From assembly GCA_017848125.1 (NCBI GenBank), contig JAGAJY010000013.1, positions 1,555 to 65,554 of the forward strand: a stretch of DNA of 64,000 nucleotides, read 5' to 3'. The translations under genes and the position numbers were made by a program. Shown in pieces: positions 49,390-57,070 of the stretch. Origin of the DNA: Oscillospiraceae bacterium (GTDB lineage: Bacteria > Bacillota > Clostridia > Oscillospirales > Ruminococcaceae). The notes under the pieces are model-generated. The model saw nothing but the letters and a program-made list of their open reading frames with translations. It did no database searches and was not told the origin of the DNA. Every line of letters starts with the position of its first letter. Positions within the stretch are counted from its first letter, which is position 1.

Positions 49390-50685
49390 ATGGCTGTAAA
49401 AATCGGCGGTGTAAAACTGCCTCATCTTAAATCCACAGAAAATATGGAAACGGTTGACTTTCCTCTGCCCAAAAAGCTAATATTGCCAATGTCGCAGTGT
49501 ATGGGCGCTCCATGTACACCGCTTGTGAAAAAAGGTGATACCGTAACAGTCGGAATGAAGATAGGAGACTGTGACAAGCCTATGTCTGTTCCTGTTCATT
49601 CACCTGCTTCGGGAGTAGTTTCGGAAATAACCGATTACAGGCTGTCAAACGGAGCAAGCTGCAAGGCTGTTGTGATCGAAACGGACGGTCAGCAGACAGT
49701 CTGTCCCGATATAAAGCCTCCTCAGATAACCGACAGAAAATCCTTCCTTGACGCTGTCAGAGAAAGCGGCTGCTGCGGACTTGGCGGAGCAGGCTTTCCT
49801 ACTCATATTAAGCTTGGCTTTGACCCAGATAAAACGCCTATTGACACGCTTCTTATAAACGGTGCGGAGTGTGAGCCGTATATCACATCCGATTACCGTG
49901 AATTTATGGAAGCACCCGAGGAAATAATCGACGGTATTGAGTATATTATGAAAATGCTTGATATACCCAACTGCAAGATAGGAATTGAATCCAACAAGCC
50001 CTCGGCGATAGCTCTGATGAAGAAGCAGACTGCGGATAATTCTGCAATAGAGGTTGTTTCTCTGCCGTCATCATATCCTCAGGGAGCGGAAAAGGTGCTT
50101 ATTTATACAGCTGCGGGCAGAGTTGTGGCAGAGGGTGAGCTTCCGTCCCATCAGGGTGTAATAGTGATGAACGTGTCAACCGTTGCGTTTATAATCAGAT
50201 ATATCCGCACAGGAATGCCCCTTATCAGCAAGCGCCTTACCATTGACGGCGACGCTGTTACCAAGAATAACGGAAACTACCGTGTGCTTGTGGGAACTCC
50301 CGTTTCAGATCTGCTTGAATACTGCGGAGCTGAGGAATACGGCAAGCTGCTTTACGGCGGACCTATGATGGGAATAGCACTTGATAATGCGGAAAGACCG
50401 ATTATCAAGGTGAATAATGCTTTGCTTGCATTCAGAAGCACCGCTGAACCTGTTACCACCTCCTGCATACGCTGCGGAAGATGCATAAGAGCCTGTCCTG
50501 TAAAGCTTATGCCTACAAGCCTTGAAAGCGCATATGACAGAGAGGACACTGCAGAGCTTGAAAGACTGAAGGTAATGCTGTGCATAAACTGCGGCTGCTG
50601 CAGCTATGTCTGTCCCGCTAACAGACATCTTGCGGAAAAGAATCAGCTTGCAAAGGGTCTTCTTATGAAAAACAAACGCAGATAA
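49390..50685 (+). CDS. rnfC: Rnf electron transport complex subunit C
   Basis: Contains GLGGAGFPTH (NADH/FMN site) and two CxxCxxCxxxCP ferredoxin motifs (CIRCGRCIRACP, CINCGCCSYVCP). The ATG at 49390 is preferred to the TTG at 49381. Confidence 0.9.
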   Translation: MAVKIGGVKLPHLKSTENMETVDFPLPKKLILPMSQCMGAPCTPLVKKGDTVTVGMKIGDCDKPMSVPVHSPASGVVSEITDYRLSNGASCKAVVIETDGQQTVCPDIKPPQITDRKSFLDAVRESGCCGLGGAGFPTHIKLGFDPDKTPIDTLLINGAECEPYITSDYREFMEAPEEIIDGIEYIMKMLDIPNCKIGIESNKPSAIALMKKQTADNSAIEVVSLPSSYPQGAEKVLIYTAAGRVVAEGELPSHQGVIVMNVSTVAFIIRYIRTGMPLISKRLTIDGDAVTKNNGNYRVLVGTPVSDLLEYCGAEEYGKLLYGGPMMGIALDNAERPIIKVNNALLAFRSTAEPVTTSCIRCGRCIRACPVKLMPTSLESAYDREDTAELERLKVMLCINCGCCSYVCPANRHLAEKNQLAKGLLMKNKRR

Positions 50686-50736
50686 CATCGGACTTGTATC
50701 TGACAAAAGCTCTCACGAAAGGAATGGTCATAAAAT

Positions 50737-51672
50737 ATGAGCCTTAACGTTTCCCCATCACCGCACATTCACGACAATATCAGCACCCGAAAGGTAATGC
50801 TGACGGTGATAATCTCACTTTTGCCTGCCTGCATTGCAGGCGTTATAATATTCGGTCCAATGGCTTTGGTAAATCTGTGCGTCTGTACAGCGTCCTCGGT
50901 ATTCTTTGAATATATTCTCAGACGGATAATGAAAAAGCCCCAGACAATTTCCGATATGTCTGCGGCGGTAACAGGTCTTCTTCTGGGAATGAATCTTCCT
51001 CCCGAGATAAATCCTCTGTTCGGAGTAATAGGTTCATTTGTGGCAATCGGCGTTACGAAACAGCTTTTCGGCGGAATCGGACAGAATTTTGCCAATCCCG
51101 CAATTGTGGGAAGAATCGTTCTTATGCTGTCCTTTACGGGGCATATGTCACGCTGGAGCGAGCCTTTCTATTACAAAAACGAGTATGATTCCGTGTCAAC
51201 GGCAACTCCTCTTGTATCGGGAAATGCAGATTATATGTCTCTTTTCCTGGGAACAACGGGAGGCTGTATCGGTGAGACCTGCGCTCTGGCACTTATCCTC
51301 GGCGGTCTTATTCTGATATTTACAAGAACTATCACTCCTCACGCTCCTATCGCATTCATCGGAACGGTCGCTCTGCTGACCTTTATTGCAGGCGATGACC
51401 CTCTTTATGCGATTCTTTCGGGCGGACTTATGCTTGGTGCGTTCTTTATGGCCACCGATTATGCTACAACGCCCCTTACTGAAAAGGGCAAGCTTATTTT
51501 CGGAATAGGCTGCGGACTGCTTACCTTTGCTATAAGAAAATTCGGAAGCTATCCCGAGGGAGTTTCATTCTCGATACTTCTTATGAATCTGCTTGTTCCC
51601 TATATTGACAGGCTTTGCGAGCTGAAGCCTGTGGGAATGAAGAAAGCGGCAAAGGAGAGTGGAAAGGTATGA
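50737..51672 (+). CDS. rnfD: Rnf complex subunit D
   Basis: 311-aa polytopic ORF belonging to the NqrB/RnfD family. The covalent-FMN-site context reads DSVSTATPL. Confidence 0.88.
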   Translation: MSLNVSPSPHIHDNISTRKVMLTVIISLLPACIAGVIIFGPMALVNLCVCTASSVFFEYILRRIMKKPQTISDMSAAVTGLLLGMNLPPEINPLFGVIGSFVAIGVTKQLFGGIGQNFANPAIVGRIVLMLSFTGHMSRWSEPFYYKNEYDSVSTATPLVSGNADYMSLFLGTTGGCIGETCALALILGGLILIFTRTITPHAPIAFIGTVALLTFIAGDDPLYAILSGGLMLGAFFMATDYATTPLTEKGKLIFGIGCGLLTFAIRKFGSYPEGVSFSILLMNLLVPYIDRLCELKPVGMKKAAKESGKV

Positions 51673-52211
51673 CGATGAAGGAAAAGCTTATGCCGCCTCT
51701 TGTGCTGACCCTTATCTGCGTTATCTCATCGGCGCTTCTTGTATTTGCTTATAATCTCACCTATGTGGATACAACGGGAGTTATTACCGATAAGCTTTCT
51801 GAGGGACTTGCCGAGGTTTACGGCAGTTCTGAGGGCTTTGAAATGCTTCTTAATGACGACGGCACTGTAAAGCAGTTTGAAGGAGTTACCTCTGTGCTCA
51901 GCTATGACGGAAAAACGGCATTTGAAATAACAGCTGACGGTTATTCAAAGGGCGGACTTCACCTGCTTATCGGCTTTGATGAAAGCGGTGCGGTATGCGG
52001 AATATCGGTGCTGACAATAGGGGAAACTCCCGGACTTGGCACAAAGGTTCAGGATAAGGCATATCTGGACAGCTTCAAGGGAATCACATCAACCGATTTT
52101 CAGGTAGATGCAATTACAGGCGCAACATATTCGTCAAAGGGAATGAACAATGCTGTTCAGACTGCTGCAAAGGCGTATTCTCAGTTAAAGGAGGAACAGG
52201 GCAATGGCTGA
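51669..52211 (+). CDS. rnfG: Rnf complex subunit G
   Basis: The start ATG overlaps the rnfD stop (ATGA). It has an N-terminal TM helix and the FMN-binding-domain motif DAITGATYSSKG. Confidence 0.85.
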   Translation: MTMKEKLMPPLVLTLICVISSALLVFAYNLTYVDTTGVITDKLSEGLAEVYGSSEGFEMLLNDDGTVKQFEGVTSVLSYDGKTAFEITADGYSKGGLHLLIGFDESGAVCGISVLTIGETPGLGTKVQDKAYLDSFKGITSTDFQVDAITGATYSSKGMNNAVQTAAKAYSQLKEEQGNG

Positions 52212-52881
52212 AAATAAATACCTTGGAGAGCTTACCAAGGGAATAATCAAGGAAAATCCTACGCTGGTAACGCTTCTCGGAATGTGCCCCACGCTTGCTG
52301 TTACAACAATGGCGGAAAACGGTCTCGGAATGGGTCTTGCCACTACCTTTGTACTGGTCTGTTCCAATGCGGCTATATCCCTGCTTAAAAATGTAATACC
52401 AAAAGCTGTAAGACTTCCTTCTTTTATAGTTATAATAGCAAGCTTTGTTACACTTATCGAGTTTCTGATGAAAGGCTATCTTCCTGCACTTTATGACAGT
52501 CTGGGACTTTTTCTTTCGCTTATCACCGTTAACTGCATTATCCTTGGAAGAGCGGAGGCATTTGCGTCTAAAAACAAGCTGCTGCCTTCCATACTTGATG
52601 GTCTGGGAATGGGGATCGGCTTTACTCTTGCACTATTTTTGATGGGCTCATTCCGTGAAATACTCGGAACAGGAAAATGGATGGGAATAGACCTTCATAT
52701 TTCCGACCCTATGACAATATTTATTATGCCTGCGGGCGGTTTCTTTGTGCTTGGCTGCGTAATCGCCGCAGTAAACAAGCTTGCAAACCGCAAGCCTCCT
52801 CAGCAGATCGGCTGTGAGGGCTGTCCCTGTGCAGGCAGCTGTACAGGCTGTGCAAATGAATCAAAGGAGGCTGAGGCATAA
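52204..52881 (+). CDS. rnfE: Rnf complex subunit E
   Basis: 225-aa polytopic ORF belonging to the NqrD/RnfE family (ENPTLVTLLGMCPTLAVT). Confidence 0.88.
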   Translation: MAENKYLGELTKGIIKENPTLVTLLGMCPTLAVTTMAENGLGMGLATTFVLVCSNAAISLLKNVIPKAVRLPSFIVIIASFVTLIEFLMKGYLPALYDSLGLFLSLITVNCIILGRAEAFASKNKLLPSILDGLGMGIGFTLALFLMGSFREILGTGKWMGIDLHISDPMTIFIMPAGGFFVLGCVIAAVNKLANRKPPQQIGCEGCPCAGSCTGCANESKEAEA

Positions 52882-53471
52882 TGAAATCAATGCTCATAAT
52901 TCTGTTCAGCGCAATGCTGACAAATAACTTTGTGCTTTCAAAGTTTATGGGAATATGCCCCTTTCTCGGAGTTTCTAAAAAGCTTGACAGCGCTGCGGGA
53001 ATGGGTGCGGCAGTAACCTTTGTAATGGTCTGCGCAACCTTATGCACATATCCTGTTTATACCTTCCTGCTTGCTCCCTTCGGGCTTGAATATCTGAAAA
53101 CTGTAGCTTTCATTCTGATAATAGCTTTGTTCGTACAGCTTATCGAAATGATACTTAAAAAGAAGATACCTTCCCTGTACAGTTCCCTCGGCGTTTATCT
53201 GCCTCTTATCACTACAAACTGCGCTGTGCTGGGTGTTACTATCCTCAATATTGATAATGGATATACCTTCGGTGAATCAATCGTAGATGCATTGGGCGCA
53301 GGTCTTGGCTTTACTTTGGCGCTTCTGATATTCAGCGGAGTGCGTTCAAGAGTGGAGAGGGCTGACATTCCCGAAACCTTCAAGGGTGTTCCTGCAACGC
53401 TTATTGCCGCATCTATAGTTTCCGTCAGCTTTATGAGCTTTTCGGGAATGGTTGAGGGTATATTCGGCTGA
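52881..53471 (+). CDS. rnfA: Rnf complex subunit A
   Basis: 196-aa polytopic ORF belonging to the NqrE/RnfA family (NNFVLSKFMGICPFLGVS). Confidence 0.88.
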   Translation: MKSMLIILFSAMLTNNFVLSKFMGICPFLGVSKKLDSAAGMGAAVTFVMVCATLCTYPVYTFLLAPFGLEYLKTVAFILIIALFVQLIEMILKKKIPSLYSSLGVYLPLITTNCAVLGVTILNIDNGYTFGESIVDALGAGLGFTLALLIFSGVRSRVERADIPETFKGVPATLIAASIVSVSFMSFSGMVEGIFG

Positions 53472-53501
53472 TTAAAACATATCCGAAAGGAATTGATATA
53501 A

Positions 53502-54299
53502 ATGTTTGAAGCATATATTCTTCCCGTGCTGATTTTTGCGGTAATGGGAATACTTGCAGGTGTACTTCTGACTGCTGCCTCAAAGATATTCGAGGTGAAA
53601 AGCGACCTTCGTACAGATGAAGTAAACGAGGCACTTCCACAGGTAAACTGCGGTGCCTGCGGTTACAGCGGCTGTTCGGATTATGCCAAGGCTATCGTTG
53701 AAAAGGGCGAAAAGACAAATCTGTGCAAGCCCGGCGGTGCGGCTTCTGCCGAAAAAATTTCGTCAATAATGGGTGTAAGCGCCGATGAAGCTGAAAAGGC
53801 AATAGCTGTTGTACGCTGTTCTGCCGACTGCACATCAAAGCAGAAAAGCTTTGAGTTTGAAGGTGAAAGGACCTGTGTTAATGCAAAGAGATTTTACGGC
53901 GGAATGTGGGGCTGTAAATATGGCTGTTTCGGTCAGGGTGACTGTGCAAGGGTCTGTCCTTCTGATGCGATCGTAGTAAAGGACGGACTTGCGAGGGTAG
54001 ATAAATCCAAATGTATTGGCTGCGGAATGTGCGAAAAGGTCTGTCCCAATGATATAATTGAGATAAGAAAGGCAGTTCCGACAGCAGATGTGCTTTGCCG
54101 TTCAAAGGATATGGGCAAGGCTGTAAAGGCTGTTTGCTCAAAGGGCTGTATCGGCTGTAAGATCTGTGAGAAGCAATGCGAGTTTGACGCTATCCACGTT
54201 ACGGATAATCTGGCTTCTGTAGATCACGAAAAATGTACTGCCTGCGGAAAATGTGCCGCAAAATGTCCTGTAAAGGTCATTACTATTTCAAAGGTGTAA
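53502..54299 (+). CDS. rnfB: Rnf complex subunit B (polyferredoxin)
   Basis: 265-aa ORF with an N-terminal TM helix, the CGACGYSGC cluster and several CxxCxxCxxxCP motifs. Confidence 0.88.
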   Translation: MFEAYILPVLIFAVMGILAGVLLTAASKIFEVKSDLRTDEVNEALPQVNCGACGYSGCSDYAKAIVEKGEKTNLCKPGGAASAEKISSIMGVSADEAEKAIAVVRCSADCTSKQKSFEFEGERTCVNAKRFYGGMWGCKYGCFGQGDCARVCPSDAIVVKDGLARVDKSKCIGCGMCEKVCPNDIIEIRKAVPTADVLCRSKDMGKAVKAVCSKGCIGCKICEKQCEFDAIHVTDNLASVDHEKCTACGKCAAKCPVKVITISKV

Positions 54300-54310
54300 T
54301 ATACAGAAAC

Positions 54311-54349
54311 CGGTCAGCCGATAAATATATAACGGCTGACCGATTTTGT
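54311..54349 (+). terminator. Rho-independent terminator after rnfB
   Basis: 10-bp stem CGGTCAGCCG / CGGCTGACCG followed by ATTTTGT. Confidence 0.75.
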
Positions 54350-54355
54350 CTGTGC

Positions 54356-54384
54356 TTGACGGGGAAGGGGATTTATGATAAAAT
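54356..54384 (+). promoter_or_regulatory. Sigma-A promoter (TTGACG-17-TGaTAAAAT) within repeat module copy A
   Basis: TTGACG at 54356-61 and TAAAAT at 54379-84. The surrounding 38 nt (54348-54385) match 55225-55262 at 33 of 38 positions. Confidence 0.55.
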
Positions 54385-54432
54385 AGATTAAAAATGAAGT
54401 TGTGTATTGTTTGCTGAAAAAAGGTGAAAAAT

Positions 54433-55134
54433 ATGGATAAAAATGAAAGTTCTGGTTTGTTCAGTAGAGTTTTAGGTGGATACTCAAAAAAAAGAATAAT
54501 AAAAGATTATTGGGGAGAAAAACTTCAAAAATGTTCGGCTGCGCATCTGCATATGTTCAAATTAAATGATAAAACTAATGAGTATTTAGAAAAAGTTGGA
54601 ATACCAATTATAAGAAATAATAAATACCATATATTCTCTTATTTTACAGATTTTAAATATCAAAAAGTTAAAGACAGAATGTTTGTGGTTTTTGCAGAAA
54701 ATTACAGCGGACATATTCAAATTGGTATTAGTTTACATAATAACGAAATTGATATGCTTTTTCCGGATACAACAGGTTTAGATGAAGCGTATTATTATTA
54801 CAACAAAGATATACAGACCTATATTTATTGTTTTACAGAAATGTTAAAATGTAAAACAAAATATCCTCTTCTCAATTGTGATTATGAGAGCTATGAGGCT
54901 GATAAGCAACAGTTTCTCTTTGCACAGGAACTATATCAAATAATACATACTGTCGATCCTAAGGCTGTAGAATGTGGTTCTCGCTGGACACTTACGCTAA
55001 TGGAATTCGCAGAAAACGCATTAGACTATGAAGATATTTTATCATTGGTTGAATCGAAAAAATATGAAAGTTTTGAAGATGCTATTATGGCATTTATTTC
55101 AGGTGAGGAAAAATTGGATCATACGATAATATGA
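54433..55134 (+). CDS. Hypothetical protein (possible SUKH-type immunity-like fold)
   Basis: 233 aa counted from the ATG at 54433, 6 nt after AAGGTG, in a very A+T-rich stretch. LHMFKLNDKTNEYLEKVGIPII and FVVFAENYSGHIQIGISLHNNEIDML weakly recall SUKH-family proteins. I see no signal peptide or TM helix. Confidence 0.45.
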   Translation: MDKNESSGLFSRVLGGYSKKRIIKDYWGEKLQKCSAAHLHMFKLNDKTNEYLEKVGIPIIRNNKYHIFSYFTDFKYQKVKDRMFVVFAENYSGHIQIGISLHNNEIDMLFPDTTGLDEAYYYYNKDIQTYIYCFTEMLKCKTKYPLLNCDYESYEADKQQFLFAQELYQIIHTVDPKAVECGSRWTLTLMEFAENALDYEDILSLVESKKYESFEDAIMAFISGEEKLDHTII

Positions 55135-55232
55135 TTCTTTTTGCACTTGGAAATAAAAGCTTACTACAATAAAAATGATGTATTATTCGAAAAAATCAGC
55201 AGACAGGATATGTGATTGTTTTATGTCTGTGC

Positions 55233-55261
55233 ATGACGGAGCAGGGGATTTGTGATAGAAT
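55233..55261 (+). promoter_or_regulatory. Sigma-A-like promoter (ATGACG-17-TGaTAGAAT) within repeat module copy B
   Basis: ATGACG at 55233-38 and TAGAAT at 55256-61. It is homologous to the module at 54348-54385. Confidence 0.5.
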
Positions 55262-55281
55262 ATTATAAAAATAGGAGGATA

Positions 55282-55731
55282 ATGCTGATGGAGCTGCTAT
55301 TGAAAAATTTCATTGCAATTGCTGTTTATCTGAGGAATGATATTACAAATCCTGTTAATACCGATATAGTTTCAGCTGTAATCAAAGCATTTGAAGGTAA
55401 TATTTCCAATGATGAAATGTGCAGCAAAATCTGTGAAGCAGAGCCATTGATGGCTGAACGGCTTGAATACGGACAAGCAGAGTATGCTTTATCGGAAGAA
55501 TCACGAATTAAATATGATTTCATTTGTGATTCAATGAAGTATCTTTATGAACAGCTGAATTTGCGGAACTATGACAGGGCATATAACCTTGCAGATTTAC
55601 TTCATGTTTTTCCCGACGTGATGCTTAATGATAAAAATTCTAAAAAGTCATATTGGAAAATATATGTGCTTGGATATAAGAAGCGATGTAATGATAGTTT
55701 TTTTGATAAATACAGGAATATGTTCTGTTGA
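55282..55731 (+). CDS. Hypothetical small helical protein
   Basis: 149 aa counted from the ATG at 55282, after AGGAGGA. The stretch is A+T-rich. I recognise no family, and it is not similar to the preceding ORF. Confidence 0.45.
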   Translation: MLMELLLKNFIAIAVYLRNDITNPVNTDIVSAVIKAFEGNISNDEMCSKICEAEPLMAERLEYGQAEYALSEESRIKYDFICDSMKYLYEQLNLRNYDRAYNLADLLHVFPDVMLNDKNSKKSYWKIYVLGYKKRCNDSFFDKYRNMFC

Positions 55732-55801
55732 GAAAAAAGCTGTACTGTGTGAAAAATAAGAAGAAAGTCATAATTATGTGAGTTTATAAGTAGATATATG
55801 T

Positions 55802-56203
55802 TTATAGTAAAATACACTGGGTCTGCTTTGCGGAATATGCCGCATAGCAGACCCGGTGTGTTGATTTACAGTATTTTTTCATAGAGATGTGAGGGCAGAA
55901 TTCATCAAGATATTCTTCACCGAAAGGCGTGTAGCCCAGCTTTTTATAGAAGCCTGACGCATTTGTCTGGGCTGATAGTGTTATTTTTTCAGCTCCAAGC
56001 TCTGAGGCTTTTTGTTCAAGTGCGGTTATGATTTTTCTGCCGAAGCCCAAGGTGCGGAAATCTTTTCTGACGGCAATTCTTCCTATGGCGTATGAGCCGT
56101 TATCGGCAGGGTAAAGCCGTCCGCAGGCGGCAGGGATATTGTCATCAGTGAATAAAACTGCGTGAAATGCCGTTTTATCGGTTTCGTCAAATTCATTCTT
56201 ATA
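55802..56203 (-). pseudogene. GNAT acetyltransferase remnant, 5'-truncated (and probably 3'-frameshifted)
   Basis: My translation reads YKNEFDETDKTAFHAVLFTDDNIPAACGRLYPADNGSYAIGRIAVRKDFRTLGFGRKIITALEQKASELGAEKITLSAQTNASGFYKKLGYTPFGEEY... The frame opens only after an in-frame TAA (56204-56206) and has no start codon. About 35-40 N-terminal residues of a normal GNAT are missing. The ORF also reads through the terminator hairpin. Confidence 0.6.
55815..55858. terminator. Hairpin between convergent genes (hypothetical ORF and GNAT remnant)
   Basis: 12-bp outer stem CACTGGGTCTGC / GCAGACCCGGTG (one G-U pair) plus an inner 5-bp stem TGCGG / CCGCA. Both flanks are T/A-rich. Confidence 0.55.
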
Positions 56204-56204
56204 T

Positions 56205-56298
56205 TAATCACCATTTGAATTATGGAGAAGAAATCGCCGCAAAAGCTTTGATATAAGGCTTTTGTGGCGAGAGATTCCCATAATTCAATGAGTGATTA
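56205..56298. repeat. Nested imperfect palindrome (~94 nt) abutting the GNAT truncation point
   Basis: Outer arms TAATCACCATTTGAATTATGG (56205-25) and CCATAATTCAATGAGTGATTA (56278-98) are complementary at 18 of 21 positions. Inner arms TCGCCGCAAAAGC (56234-46) and GCTTTTGTGGCGA (56258-70) form 13 bp with one G-U pair. Confidence 0.7.
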
Positions 56299-56303
56299 GT
56301 ATT

Positions 56304-56320
56304 AGCCGAAAGGCTTTTTT
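56304..56320 (+). terminator. Small GAAA-tetraloop hairpin followed by T6
   Basis: AGCC-GAAA-GGCT followed by TTTTTT. Together with the preceding long hairpin it could act as a terminator or attenuator. Confidence 0.35.
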
Positions 56321-56331
56321 AAATAACACCA

Positions 56332-56348
56332 ACATAACAATGTTATGT
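56332..56348. promoter_or_regulatory. 17-nt perfect palindrome ACATAACA-A-TGTTATGT (operator-like) upstream of the ABC transporter RBS
   Basis: 8-bp arms around a single central base. It ends 7 nt before the AGGAGG RBS of the ATPase gene. Confidence 0.4.
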
Positions 56349-56368
56349 AATACACAGGAGGAATATTT

Positions 56369-57070
56369 ATGTATCTGGAAATCAAAGATGTAAAGAAAAG
56401 CTATGGAAAGGATTCAAGCCATATTCAGGTTCTGAAAGGCATCTCCGCAGACATCGAAAAGGGTCAGATGTGCGTTATCCAAGGAACAAGCGGAAGCGGA
56501 AAATCCACTCTGCTCAACTGTATAGGCGGACTTGACACAATGGACAGCGGCTCGGTAAAGGTTGACGGCAAGGAGATTTTCGGGCTCAGACCCGATGAAA
56601 TTGCCGATTACCGCAGAGAAAAGCTTGGGTTTATCTTCCAGTTCTACAACCTTGTGCCAAATCTTACCGTCAGGGAAAATATTGAGGTCTGCGAATACAT
56701 TTCCGAAAATCCCCTTGATATTGACGAGCTGCTGGACGTTCTGGGACTTACCGAGCATCAGAACAAATTCCCCTCTCAGCTCTCGGGCGGTCAGCAGCAA
56801 AGATGCGCAATTGCAAGAGCACTTGTAAAAAACCCCGCTCTCCTTCTCTGCGACGAGCCTACAGGCGCACTTGATTCAAAAACCTCCCGTGACATTCTGA
56901 TCCTTCTTGAAAAGATAAACGCAAAATACAACACCACAATGCTTATAGTCACCCACAACAATTCAATTAAAAATATGGTGCATAAGGTAATAATAGTCAA
57001 GGACGGACTTATTAAAAAGGACTACATAAATGAAAACCGTGTGCCTGCCGCTGAACTGGAGGATCTGTAA
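56369..57070 (+). CDS. ABC transporter ATP-binding protein (MacB/FtsE-like subfamily)
   Basis: 233-aa ORF with Walker A GTSGSGKST, the signature LSGGQQQR, Walker B LLLCDEPTGALD and the H-loop VTHN. Confidence 0.9.
   Translation: MYLEIKDVKKSYGKDSSHIQVLKGISADIEKGQMCVIQGTSGSGKSTLLNCIGGLDTMDSGSVKVDGKEIFGLRPDEIADYRREKLGFIFQFYNLVPNLTVRENIEVCEYISENPLDIDELLDVLGLTEHQNKFPSQLSGGQQQRCAIARALVKNPALLLCDEPTGALDSKTSRDILILLEKINAKYNTTMLIVTHNNSIKNMVHKVIIVKDGLIKKDYINENRVPAAELEDL

Noticed and set aside
56205-56298. I considered whether the nested palindrome could be an integron attC site marking a gene-cassette array, given the promoter-ORF modules to its left.
   Set aside because: There is no integron integrase in the window. 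No RYYYAAC/GTTRRRY core sites lie at the arm ends. The neighbouring ORFs carry their own promoters, which is unlike integron cassettes.
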